Under the pieces are notes generated by a model that was not told the DNA's origin, made no database searches, and was given only the letters and a program-made list of their open reading frames with translations. Positions 51,966-63,922 of a stretch of 64,000 nucleotides of DNA are shown one piece after another. Source of the DNA: Trichosphaerium sp. ATCC 40318 (lineage: Eukaryota > Protista > Tubulinea); the NCBI GenBank assembly GCA_038496445.1, contig JALMLS010000143.1, forward strand, positions 186,001 through 250,000, in the 5' to 3' direction. The translations under genes and the position numbers were made by a program. Numbering within the stretch: the first letter of the stretch is position 1; each line of letters opens with the position of its first letter.

Positions 51966-53551
51966 TCACACCTCTACAACTTCTACTGTTGTTCCAGGCG
52001 CAAAGAAATTTAACACCTCAGTGCTCTTAGCAGAAGTCCACTCCTCGAGCTTATCTACAGGCCAGAGATAGAATCCTGTAAATACATCAAAAAAATCTAT
52101 AAGTTTGTTATAAAGGTTTAGGCATACCTTGAATTGTATTTCCTGAAGGCCATCCCCAATGGTTAACACCATAAACAAACATTCTAGCGTTTGTGTTTCT
52201 ATTAATTACTAGAACTTTCTTGGATGGGTCAGATCCAGTCTTATCAATGCTGTGCCCTAGCAATAACATTAATGCTTCGAGATCTTACTATTTTCTTACC
52301 TGTTGTGTCAAAGGTTATTTGAATGCGAGGGTGGTCGTGCACAACGCCATCATACTTGACAGCTGTAATAGGATAGCGACGCCAATTGTTGCTGGTTCCC
52401 GCACCAGATCCAGTCTGCTCTTCTTGTTTTTCGTCCAAATCAACAACCTGTTTGCTGATGAGATCCTTGAAGCTATTGTACTCTATGCGCACCTTTCCGC
52501 TGTCCAAGTAATACTCAGCGCATTTAATAATGAGCTTTCCTTCTTCTACAAGCTTTTTGCATACTTTAGATTCGTTCAGTATGTCTTCTCTTGTTTCTTT
52601 GGCGTTCAATTGAATAGCGTGATCTTAAAGAAAGAGTTATTTAAGAACAACATAGCATGTGCTTGCGTACCAAGTGCTTTCTCTTTTTGCTTTTCCCAGC
52701 TGTATGTCTCAAGAGATTCAGAAGCAGCAGATTTGATCTTGTCCAAAATAGCTGTGATACCTAGTAAAAAGAGTGAGGTTTATAACGTCAACAATACAAT
52801 GCATACCCGGTGAGAAGTGTCCTGGCTCCATAGCTGCTGTAACTGCACCGCAATGTTGATGTCCTAGCACGACCAAAAGAGGCTAATCGTTGTCATTCAC
52901 TTTCACTAATTTTCCGTACAGTGTGCAAGTGCTCAACGCCATATTCGATTGATCCAAGGGCTATCTTATCGACTACATTTCCAGCAACACGAATGATAAA
53001 AATCTCTCCTAATCCCTTAAAAATAACTTAGAAAAGAAACAACAGAAATCCTTACTTCGTCAAAGATAATTTCAGGTGAAACTCGCGAATCTGAGCACGT
53101 GATTATAGTAGCATAAGGCTTTTGGCCTGTAGTCAGCTTGTTTCTAGAAAAAAAGCAAGTAAGCTTCAAAGAGCGTCTTGCGAACTAAATACCTTGCAGT
53201 TGCGTTAATCTCATCTGCCATGTTACGAAGATACCGGACTGTAGTAGTTTTGAGCTTAATTTCTAAATATAATCACGTGACGTACCCATATCTCCGCTAA
53301 CAAAGTGTTCATTGCCAACCTAACATTGATAAGCTCAAACAAATAAGGTAAAATGTTCGCAGTCTCATGAGCTAAAAGATTAGAACGGTTGCCAAGCTAA
53401 GTGGAATGTTTTGAGCAGAGTAGTTGCGTACCATCAAGCGCTTCCATGCAGCGTTACCATCAGCAGGATATGGCTCGTCTGGGATATCTTGAAGTAAAAT
53501 TTCATTTACTCTCTTGGCAATATGCCCTAATGTGTCTTGTTTTGTAGCCAT
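51966..53551 (-). CDS. Beta-class carbonic anhydrase with extra C-terminal domain, multi-exon
   Basis: GQKPYATIITCSDSRVSPEIIFD, IFIIRVAGNVV, GSIEYGVEHL, LLVVLGHQHCGAV (C, H and C zinc ligands intact); about 95 aa extension. Confidence 0.93.
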
Positions 53552-53916
53552 GGAGAAGAGTTGTTGTTAGTAGTTGATGTATTAAAAATGAATTAAGCGC
53601 TACCATGCTATTTTGAGAACAGGTTTTCTTAGTTCATTCTAAAAACAGCAGAACGCCAGTTTGGTTCTTTGAACAATAACCTAACTCCGTAATGTAGGGT
53701 AAAAACCCTTGAACCTACTTAGAGCAAGTATTAAAGCAATGAAAAAGCACCAAGAAACACGCCCAACCCAGTAGGAAACACGTGTAGTATTAAGTCAATG
53801 GTATTCTGTGTTTCAGGCATACAAAATGCGAAGCTTTTTCGGGTGAAGATTGAGTGGATTAACTTACAGTCTAGTTACTAACAACAGATATTAAAGAGCG
53901 CAATGGATTTTATTTA

Positions 53917-54781
53917 TTACTTAGACAAACACATCATATATAGAGCAGCATCGCGTAGAGCTTCATCGGTGTAGAAGACAGTTAATGATTCTTTCCACAA
54001 TTGCCACGATTTACCATCAGTTAGAGGAGGCAAACTATGCGTATCAGGTCCATGAGAGTAACCAGTGTAGCTCTAAATCGGTCAAATAAGTAAAACGTAG
54101 TTTCGGCTATTAGGTAAATCTGTTTGTACCAACATAAACTCAACAACGCCGTTGTGGTCAGCGTCTAAGAGACATTCACATGTTTTAGCATCAGGTACAG
54201 GGGTAACAGTCATAGCATCTTTTACTTTATACCACAAATCACGCATGTGAAAGTAGTGTACAATACGTACAGCAGCGCTCCAGTTACCAGGTACCTAAAG
54301 ATAAAAAAGTAAGAAGACAATCTATCCCAAAAATCACGTGGGATGTCCGTACACGTTCGAAGTTATTAAAAATACCGTCAATAACATTTAAGCTTCTGGT
54401 GGCAAATGTGTTGCCTAGTTTCATACTGCGCACGTGGTGGTTGACTTTACCAGCGTTGAAGAGATCTACAGTTGGAATACTCAAAGCCGCTTCTGGAGTG
54501 CCTTCAGGGTAGAAGATGTTGAGTGCTACGTCATCAATTGAATGAATAGCATGAGCTATAGTTGATTTAGCTGTCATTCAACACAAATAACTATTTGGCG
54601 TACCGATACTTTGGTAGTAAATGTCAGAAACATCTAGCACGAGGATTAGTAAGAAAAACGTTATTTTGTCGTCAACCAACTTTTTTTACGTACCTGGTAA
54701 GTAGCTACAAGAGCGAGAATGATCACCTACGGCGTAGGTGATAGTAACAAGGACTAAGAGCAAAGTAATAGAACGAAGCAT
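53917..54781 (-). CDS. Secreted Cys-containing protein of unknown function, multi-exon
   Basis: Signal peptide MLRSITLLLVLVTITYA; AHAIHSI...IPTVDL...IVHYFHMRDLW...CECLLDADHNGV...LPPLTDGKSWQLWK...DAALYMMCLSK*. Confidence 0.8.
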
Positions 54782-55213
54782 CGTGGTATGAACAGTTGTC
54801 AGAACTTTATTTGAAGCTCAGTTAAGCCATTCACAGCAATTTAGGAAAACGCAGCATAAAGATACTGTAACGGTATTGGAAGCGTAGTGTAGTTGGCAAT
54901 TGTAGAAGATTGTCAATAAGCGGAGAATTTTGCGGGCACTGACACTGCCTATCTTATTGTACCTGCTCCTGTGTTCTTGTTGTTTCTGATGAATTCGTTC
55001 GAAAACTGCGAGTAGCTTTTTTCACTAAACATCGTCTCAAAAATTGCGTGAATGTCTTGCTAACAAACATCTTTAATGGTGTAGCGTACCCTTACAAATG
55101 GATCATTGACGTTTGACAACTAAAATAATAGAATATATTTTTGCGTTCGTTTGTAATAAACAACATGATCAGCACTAAAACAAAGAGAACAATTTGGTTA
55201 GTGGTCTTTTTTA

Positions 55214-56765
55214 TTAGTTATTTGGATGAATGTTTGTCTTGTACAAAAGCCATCTTGGCGTCATACCTACAACAAAATACAACGTATCACCACCAACCAT
55301 GATATTGTGTATATCATTCAAAGATACAGTAGGAGGTACACGAACATTTAAGCGAATAACATCATGTAATCCCAAAGAAACAAGCATCTTACAAAGAAAT
55401 CCATTCGCAGGAAAGTATAAATCTCCACGCTTATCAAAAGCTAAGCAAGATATACCAGCCATATGAGAACACTTGAAAATAGTCTTTACATAGTTATCTT
55501 TTATACTACGTATGTAATGGCTATTATTATCACTGTCAATAATATAAACAGTACCATCTCTCCCAACTGAAATATAAAAAGGTCGTTGAAACGTTGCTAT
55601 CGAGACATGACCATCAACACGTCCTTTTAAGTATGCTTGACCTGCTACAGTATCTACAGTACCATCTACACGTATCTTACGTATAGCATGGTTACCTGTA
55701 TCGCATATAAAGAGACTACCATCCGGAGAAAAACAAAGACCTCGTGGTTCATTGAAAAGAGCATGTGTACCGTTTTTAAAACCCTTTGTATCTTTTGTAC
55801 CATACATTGTTGCTATCTCCCTTGTTCGCTCGTTCAGTTTACGTATAGTATGGCATGTAAAGTCAGTGAAGAAGACATTGTCTTTGGAGTCAATTGAAAG
55901 ACCACAAAGACCGCTTAAACCTTCTGTAGGGATTGTATCCATCTCTCCTGTCGCCGTGTTGAGTGACTTGACACCACCCATAACATCCACCATGAATATC
56001 TTAAAGTAACTTGGTTACTAGACATCCGAAAGAAGCAAAAAGAAGGAATTTCTAAACCGTACTTTGCCGATTGACGTCATTGCCATAGAACGAATCCAAT
56101 CGATATTTTGTAGTACGCAAGTAGGTTCTAGCGTAGAGAAGGTATCCTAAGGGCCAAAGTTAGCTGGGTTTCGAAACAGATGTCTATTTACGCACGCGTA
56201 TGCTTTCAAATGAGTCTACCATGTCCTTCATTGCGTGGGAGACGCATCGTAATGATAAAACTTGCTCCAAAGATAAACTCTTAACAATGAGCCTTATGAT
56301 GTCCGAAGGCAGCAATGTAAGACCGACATCACCGTTCCTCGCTTAGTAAACACGTTAATTATGAAACTAAAAAAAAAAAACGTTTCAAAAACGATCACGT
56401 GATAGTAAATTACGTTGGTCTACTTTGAAAGTAACAAATTGAAGATTGATATGAAAGTAGGTGTTGATTAAAACATGAACAAAGAATAAAAAAAAAACTA
56501 CCGGTTAAAGGGAGTAAAATACGCGTTACTCACTTGTAAGGACAGATTTACTGCGTCTGCTACATCCTGTAATTTCATCTAACCCCGGCTCACTGCTTAG
56601 TATAGATATACGATCTACGATGAGGCTGGTGGCGTTTTGTATCTCTTTCTGTTTGAGTAGATTGAGTACACGCTTCAAAGTCGCTGTTTCTTGTCTTATA
56701 TGATTGTATTGATGTATTCTCTTCAGTAATTTATTTAGCTCGTGTCCTACACGTCTCTCAGACAT
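55214..56765 (-). CDS. F-box + NHL-repeat beta-propeller protein, multi-exon
   Basis: Exon 1 is ORF 56526-56765; F-box LTLLPSDIIRLIVKSLSLEQVLSLRCVSHAMKDMV; NHL repeats FNEPRGLCFSPDGSLFICDTGNHAIRKI. Confidence 0.85.
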
Positions 56766-56937
56766 ACGAAGCGTAAAACTATAAACAAATACTAGGTTTG
56801 ACTTTTTTTTGATTGATTGAACGACAATAACAGAGTATTATAAATGTTGAGCTGTGGTATGTCTACTTTATGCTTTAACAAACTAATTGTTTATTGCTCT
56901 TGGCATAGCAACTCGTTGCAGGTTTAGTATAGAGGAT

Positions 56938-58797
56938 TTAACCTGTCAATTGCAAACATGACAACCAAGGGCAGTTTACTTTAGGGAACATTTCACGTAG
57001 TACAGCAGCGCTACTACTACTACACGAACCCCAATTTAATAATTCCATTTGTTCAGGATCTAGTGTACCATATAAAATGCCCGTGAGAGCACTAACAAAA
57101 GTTAGTAGTACACAAAACATCAAAGAAAAATTGAGTACACTATATTCAACTCAACATCAGTTGATGTGTTGCTAGACTCTTTCCTTGACACTTTTAGATT
57201 CCCTAAAGGCAATTACCTTTAATCAGAATAATGTGGTACTACCTTCTAGTGAAGAAAACTCAAAAACTCCATTGTTCCATTCTGCATGTTCATCATGTAC
57301 TTTAATACACAAAACCTTTTCACAGATCCCCACTTTTAAACCTTCAAGGCTAGTCAGTATATAACGTGTAACGTAAGTAGTTGTTGCCTGAAAGTGCCTC
57401 TATATTTACAACGCGACCCATTGCAACATTTCTATGCTTCTTATCACTGAATACTGTGACATCAATATCTGGTACCCATGACTAGATTTTAACTGAAAAC
57501 ACCAAAAAAACCTTGTTCTTTCACATACCTCTGGGTATTCGAATGGTTTCTTAGGTAAGCTAATAATATTGAATGGGATAAACTAGCTATTGGATAGATT
57601 ATAGAGCGTACTTTACTAGAGGAACCTGACCTGCGTATAGACGTATAAAATACAGGAGTCCATATAGCCCTTTAAGGTTTGCATACAAAAAGTCGTGAGC
57701 AAATAATTCACCTTCCCAGGCACATGATGTCTTGTAAACCATAGCTCCAATAACTTCGGAACTTAGGTAAGTAATGTCAACGGTTGTAGAGAAAATAAGT
57801 TTGGATGGACAGACAAATGCAAAAGTCTGATATCAAATTCTTCAGTATGGCTCAAACTAACCTTCCTTGGACGAAGAATCTCGCACTATAGCCAGAAAGT
57901 AATGCTTAGCATTACGCAGACGATTTATTTTCGATGTGGGCCAAATAGTAAATCTAAGAAAGAGTGGTAACTAAATAATACTGACACAAACATCTTCAAT
58001 ACCCGTGGATTTTCTTTGCCATCACATCAAGAAATTTGGTGTATGTATCAAAGTGCTCATAGATTTCAAGGCGCTCCAATGTAACCTGTAATAAGTGTTA
58101 GTACTAGAAACATAGATAAAGCACATACGTCTGGTGTAGTCTTCATAAATGTACCAAGATTGGCTGGATTAAACGTGAAACGTTTAGATTGTGAAAATGA
58201 AGCATATCCATACTGTGTATACACACTCTCTTTGAATGGGTATAGACTCGAAAAAATGTATCCATCATCCTTCATTCGTTTAAAAGATGCCACCATTGTT
58301 TTCTTGAAGAACCCTAATCAAGAGAATAAGAAAAAACGAAGAAAAGTGCCACTCAATCTGTGGCAAAACTGCTAAGACTCTAGAGGTAGTACCTTGCCGG
58401 CGACTTTCGGGCAAGCAGTTCACTCCTTTTAGCCCACATGATAGAACTACATTGCCTAGTTCTATGTCAAATGCGCGTTAATTCACTTTGACCTAACCCC
58501 GAAAATTATGCTTCATTGGGAGCATGCTGAGGCTCGCTTTGGGTACATTGTCTTCGTAAAGACACAGTATTGTTTCGTCTAGTAATAATAAACACCAACA
58601 GTGTAAAATAGCGCTTTTGGAGCTTAAATCCGACGTAGTAGCGCTACTGTACCTTTCGCGGCCGCTATCGCTGCTTTTAGCGCCTCGGGCTGTGTAAAGT
58701 TCTGAGCTGGTTGGCTTGGGTAGAATGAGGCGCCCCATAGCTTTGTTAGCATTGCTATATCTTTGGTTTCTTTTATTTCAATGTTTGGAGCACTCAT
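56938..58797 (-). CDS. Eis-like GNAT acetyltransferase (GNAT domains + SCP2-like C-terminus), multi-exon
   Basis: MSAPNIEIKETK...; GLKGVNCLPESRRQG; FSSLYPFKESVYTQYGY; VHDEHAEWNNGVFEF; LTGILYGTLDP. Confidence 0.88.
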
Positions 58798-59218
58798 GAT
58801 TGCCTATTAGCTGATTTTCTGACAAGCTGAAAAGAGCTTTTGCGGTCAACATTAGTTTATTGGGGAATTTTCTTAGAAATCGATTTTGACAATTAGCGAG
58901 AATATAAGAATTCACTGTATGGTTTTGTTGAACACAATTTTGATGGTAATTTTTATGGTCACAAACGTGGTGGATTCTACTTCATAGTTGTTCACAAGTT
59001 CCAAAATGTCGGTGTAATTTGTCACATACAAACTTTTTTCTTGTGTACTATGTTGTATTGGCTAGTAAAGTACAACATCAAAGGCTGCGCTAGAGCCACT
59101 AGACGTTGAAGTCTTCCTACCAATCACATGTGTATGTTGAGATGAATGAGTAGGTGTTAGGGAACAAGAGTATCTAATGGAGGTTTAAGCATGTTGTTTG
59201 AAGTCAATATGTTGAAGT

Positions 59219-62200
59219 TTATTTTTCAGACAATTCATTGCTGTGAGTGTACATAACTTTAAGAACATCAAGCATCTTCGGTAAATAAGAAAGCCAAGCA
59301 ATATTGATTGTCATTAAATCAAACGTAACAATAATTCTATCTTGTGGACAAAGAGGTGCTTCTCCCCATTTACCAGTATTATACAAATCATGATCATTAA
59401 TACAATCTTCATTCTTGCATTTAACATCATGCAATGTAGGAACTGTAAAAGCTAGAAGAAAGATTAGATAAACTGCACGTTGTTTGAATATTGTTTCACA
59501 AAGAAAGGGTTGCAGCTGACAAGAAAATTGTTTCAGACGATGAGAAGTGCGAAGTTATTTTCGTAGTCTGACTGACTTGGCGGTAAAACACGTGATAGTC
59601 AGGCTTTCATAATTCGTTGAAAGACTGCCAAACGCAAAATGAAGGCGAGTAAAAGATGTTTGCAATGAGGGAACGTTAAAAAAAAACGTACTTTTAGAGG
59701 GTGTTAATCTCTTTTCTGTTGGCATTAGATCACTCACTGGAAACGAGTTTAACTTTCCGCTGAAGTGGTTAAGTACTAGTGTGTGCGCATTCATAAGATG
59801 GGCTACATGTCGGGCTTCAGAAAACGTCGAATGTCCTTTCTTCAAAGCTGATTTAATATCCTGAGTTTTTTTAAGTAACACGCAGTAAACAACCAGTATG
59901 CAGCACATACGCATAACATACCTGATCGCATAGTGTTGCCTCATGCACTAATATAGTACAATCTTTTCCCAGATCAATTAATGCTTTACTAGGTCTCAAA
60001 TCGCCTAAGGATGAACGAATAAGAATTTCGACTTGCAGTTAAAAAAAGCGACTAACCTGACATAACTAATTTCCATCCTCGCTTACTTGTAATTACAAGA
60101 GCATGCGCATCTACACAGTGTTGTACTTCTACTGTTTGAAACTGTGTAAAGTCCATGGCAGCTTCGAAAAAATCGCTAAACAAGTTAGAATCAACTTCTG
60201 TAGTATTTACAGTGACATACTTTAACTCATGTTTCTCATTGTAGAATGACGCTTGGTGATAAAATGTGTACTTAAGAGATATCCTAGAACAAAGAGCAAG
60301 CTCTTGAAGAGTCCCTTCGAAATAGTACGGCCCGATTATTGGTATAGGTTCAACCACAACACCACGACGCTCAAGCTCCTAAAAAAACACTTAAATACTC
60401 CAAGATAGAAAGCAAAATGACAATACCTCTTGTCGCTTGGAAAGTAAATGGTAAATACCATTATGGTGGTCTGGATGTTTATGAGATATCCATACAGCCC
60501 CTATATTAACCAGTACATCACTAATTTTATCACCATACTTTCTACAGAGCTGAATGTATGTTCCAGCTCCGCAATCAACCAGCAAGCTTTTTTTGTTTTA
60601 GTATCTATAAGTGTACTGCTCACTAGTCACAGTATGTTAGTACTATTCACGAGTATACTTTTCAACGCACCATTTCTTGTGTTTAGTGGGGTAGCTGCGG
60701 CAGTGCCAAGGAATACAAGTTCCAAAGAGTCGGCATCAAATTCTGGCTTTGTTTTTGCTTTTTCATCATTGTATTGCTTCAAAATAGATTCAATGTCGCA
60801 CTTTGAAGACAATAATGCCTTTGCATTGTTCTTTAGTGGCTTTGGAACTTCATCTCTCTTGATAGTTTGCTTTTTCAACGGCAGAAAGTGATATTTCAGT
60901 AGAAAGTCACCACAGGTGCATTTTAAGCCTTTCAGAACATTCATGTCAACTAATCATTGTTAGAGGTTTCTCTTTTGTATCAAGTGTACATTTTCGGCAT
61001 GACGGAAGCGATCTTTCGAATGCCTTTGGTTCTACCATACTCAACCAATTGAGTAACTGCTCACTTCTCATGATTTTACCAGAGATGCCAGCACTATCAT
61101 TAACGAACATGTGCTAAAAACAGAAAAAAGTAAGAATACGTTATACCGCATGTTGATATTAAACCTACCTCTGTTTTACCAAACTTACTCATCCACTGTA
61201 CGTATTTTTTGTTCAAAATTATTGACATTGGTGCAAAGTGAACAACACAGGCCATCTATTAACATCAACAAAAAACAAAAAGGTAACAAAATGACCAAGT
61301 ACCTTTGTTTCGCTTTTAAAATAGCTTTGCCATGATTCATGCTCAATTAAATTATCCAAGTATTTCTCGTCTGGACAATCAATAATAGCTATAACCTATT
61401 TGATTCACATGAGCTCCCTCAAACAATAGAAAAAACGGTTGGTTTTTTTCTCCCATTTTTTTGACTTACAGGACCTGGTTCTTCTTTACCTATCATGCAA
61501 TCTTGTGAAGTTACAACAGTACCATCTTCAAGCGTTACAGATTTACCACTAACCAGAATACCAAAGTCTTTTCCAGGTTTCACACCGAGTTCCCTGGCTC
61601 TTTTTGGATTAAACTTTGGAGGAATGCTAGGTGTATGTATACAGTAGCTTATACTGTTAGCACAGTATCTTGGAGCTAAGCACTAGGTATAAGTACAAAC
61701 AAACTATGGCAAAGATGTTGTGTTTTGTAGTTTCTTAAGCACCTATCATATTGGCAGGCCTATCATAACCCATAAAAATATCAAGTTCGTTTAACAAATC
61801 TTGTTCGGCAGTTTTCTAAACTTGCTTGTTACTAAAAACGATATGGATGTTTATCAATATAATAAACACATGTAAGAATATAGTGTTGCGCGTTGCGGGT
61901 ACCTTAAGCATTTCTACGTTATTTCTTTTTGGGTCAAGAGCCAGTTCCTTCTTAGATTCATACCAATCATATTTCTCTTTGGTATCACAATAATATTTTT
62001 GCTCAACAGAAATCACGTTTCTGAAACATGGATTAACCATTGTCGTAATCTTTGAGTTTATCTCCCTTTCCGAGGGTGGATTTGGGCTAACAAGAATAGG
62101 TTTCACGGTAACAGTATTACCTTTATTTTTTGTGTTAGAATTTGAATAAAAAATGAACAAATACACGCCATAAACCGTACCTCCGTTATCAATGATGATA

Positions 62201-62741
62201 TCTTTTTCTTTTTTATGTATCTCCCTTAGTTTTAAAAGCAATTCTGGTCTTAACAGACGTCAGTAAAACACAATAGTGGAAAGTCCGGGAAACGACAGTG
62301 CGTACAGCCATAGAAAGTATCGCGTAGCGAAAATCATGTCTATGAGACCTCTCGGACCGTAGATTGTTAGGTCTTCGCGTGTCACCTTCAATTCGTATGG
62401 CAAATCTATATATGTGCTTAATACGTAGCCACAGTCGCATTTTTGAACTCTCTGTGCATTTAAAAGTTGTAAAACGCTGTACTAACCTGTAATTCCACTT
62501 AAAACCGCCCAATCACACCTAGTTATAAACAGGTGGCTTATTTTACGCAACTTTACACCATTTGAAATCCAAAGCCGTTTAGCGCCTTCTCCTGAAGTAA
62601 TAGTTAAGCGTAAATACGCACCACATTGCTAATACCGCTATTAAAAACCATTCTGAACTTCTGAAATACTACTTGGACACTAGGCATTGTATCCCTCTCC
62701 TCAGAGGTTCCAAGAACCTGCACAAAACCTTGTCCACTCAT
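59219..62741 (-). CDS. ELAC2: Long-form RNase Z (tRNase ZL), multi-exon
   Basis: N-terminal VQVLGT..; exosite KFNPKRARELGVKPGKDFG..GKSVTLEDG; FLGTAAATPLNTRN; LVDCGAGT; ISHKHPDHHNG (HxHxDH); HEAT; GHSTFSEA; LVLNHFS. Confidence 0.93.
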
Positions 62742-62915
62742 TGCGTATGTTCTAAAATAACTTTTAATTAAGTTGTTATTTTCAGCTTTTCTTCCAACGG
62801 AATTCTCAACTTGTTAGACACGTAATCAAGTACTTGTTAAGAATGGTAATGAAAACAGACATGTACAATATACTACGCTTCATTGCAATTACATTTGACA
62901 CGTCAACATAGTTAG

Positions 62916-63320
62916 TTATTCTACACAAATTCCATCAACCCATATGTTTTGGTACTTTAATTTTCCACTTTTGTACCATATTTTACTTTTGCCATGTAGT
63001 TTACCATCAAGCCACATGGTTCGAAAATGTAGCTGTCCATTCTCATGCCACCCTTTACTTTCACCAGTCTTTTTACCATCAACCCATATGTAGCGGCACT
63101 TAAGTTGTCCACTTTTATACCATTGCATCCATATTCCTTTTTTGTGAAGCGTTTCATTAAAATGAGTATTAATTGCAGCTCTCTTTGATAGAGTGTGGTA
63201 TTTTGTGAATACTTCCTCATTGAAACTACAAATGTAAGTTTGTAGTTCACGTGGAATATCCAGTAAACTCAGGGAAGAACTCAATTTACTATATTTCTGC
63301 TTGTGCTTGACATCAGCCTT
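62916..63320 (-). CDS. Short F-box-like + MORN-variant protein (about 3 repeats); start exon uncertain, possibly ATG near 63424
   Basis: LLDIPRELQTYI; KGIWMQWYKSGQL, GESKGWHENGQL; no in-frame ATG, but branch/acceptor ctaac...aag near 63320. Confidence 0.75.
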   Translation of the reverse strand, partial: KADVKHKQKYSKLSSSLSLLDIPRELQTYICSFNEEVFTKYHTLSKRAAINTHFNETLHKKGIWMQWYKSGQLKCRYIWVDGKKTGESKGWHENGQLHFRTMWLDGKLHGKSKIWYKSGKLKYQNIWVDGICVE

Positions 63321-63897
63321 TTCAAAATGTTAGTGTTCTAGCAACATTTAACACTATAAAATAATAGTTGCAAAAGCACAGACACAAAAGGCCAAAACTT
63401 GGAAAATGATTGCTTAGAAATCATGCCGAACTTCGTTAAATGCAGTGCAAACCCTTTTGGAAAATGTTTATAATAAGTCACATGGTCGCCTTCATTTGAA
63501 ACTGGGACATTTTTTATGACTCTTTAATAAATCTACAAAATTACACAGATCCAGTCAATCCCGTACGAGTTCGTTACAAAACTGAGCGCTAGCTGTTTAT
63601 GTGGTTTTTCGTACCATATGGCAGTAATAACTACGGATTTATTAAACTGCGGTTATTAGCGCAAGCTTAGGCTATGTGAAACTTGTAGAAGATTTATTGA
63701 GAAATGAGTCAATGAAGTTCGACCGGAAATAAACTAAAAGCCGCTAAGGGCACCCTCTATTTTATCAAATATGATACCGTTTGTCAGCGGAACACGTGCT
63801 AAATAGAATGAGTTTGACACTTGCTATTCAGTTAACAGTAATTTGATACGCAGATAGTGATAAGTGAACGCTATTTGTGTCTAATTACTTTCAACCA

Positions 63898-63922
63898 TAT
63901 TGTCCGTATCATTCAAGTTTGT
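63898..63922 (+). repeat. 25-bp dispersed repeat, copy 2
   Basis: Identical to 50044-50068. Confidence 0.85.

Noticed and set aside
52193-52813. Long antisense ORFs (also 24554-25195, 40599-41036, 34553-34858)
   Set aside because: They are shadows of real genes on the opposite strand.
54722-54742. Perfect 9-bp hairpin ATCACCTAC-GGC-GTAGGTGAT
   Set aside because: Short, inside a signal-peptide exon, and compatible with chance.
62277-62290. GGAAAGTCCGGG resembling bacterial RNase P RNA CR-I
   Set aside because: It lies antisense within an RNase Z intron and I saw no matching CR-V/P4 partner; treated as chance.
13820-63320. Integrated giant virus or transposon
   Set aside because: No viral core genes, transposase, integrase or reverse transcriptase were seen; the virus-like genes are dispersed among intron-rich host genes.
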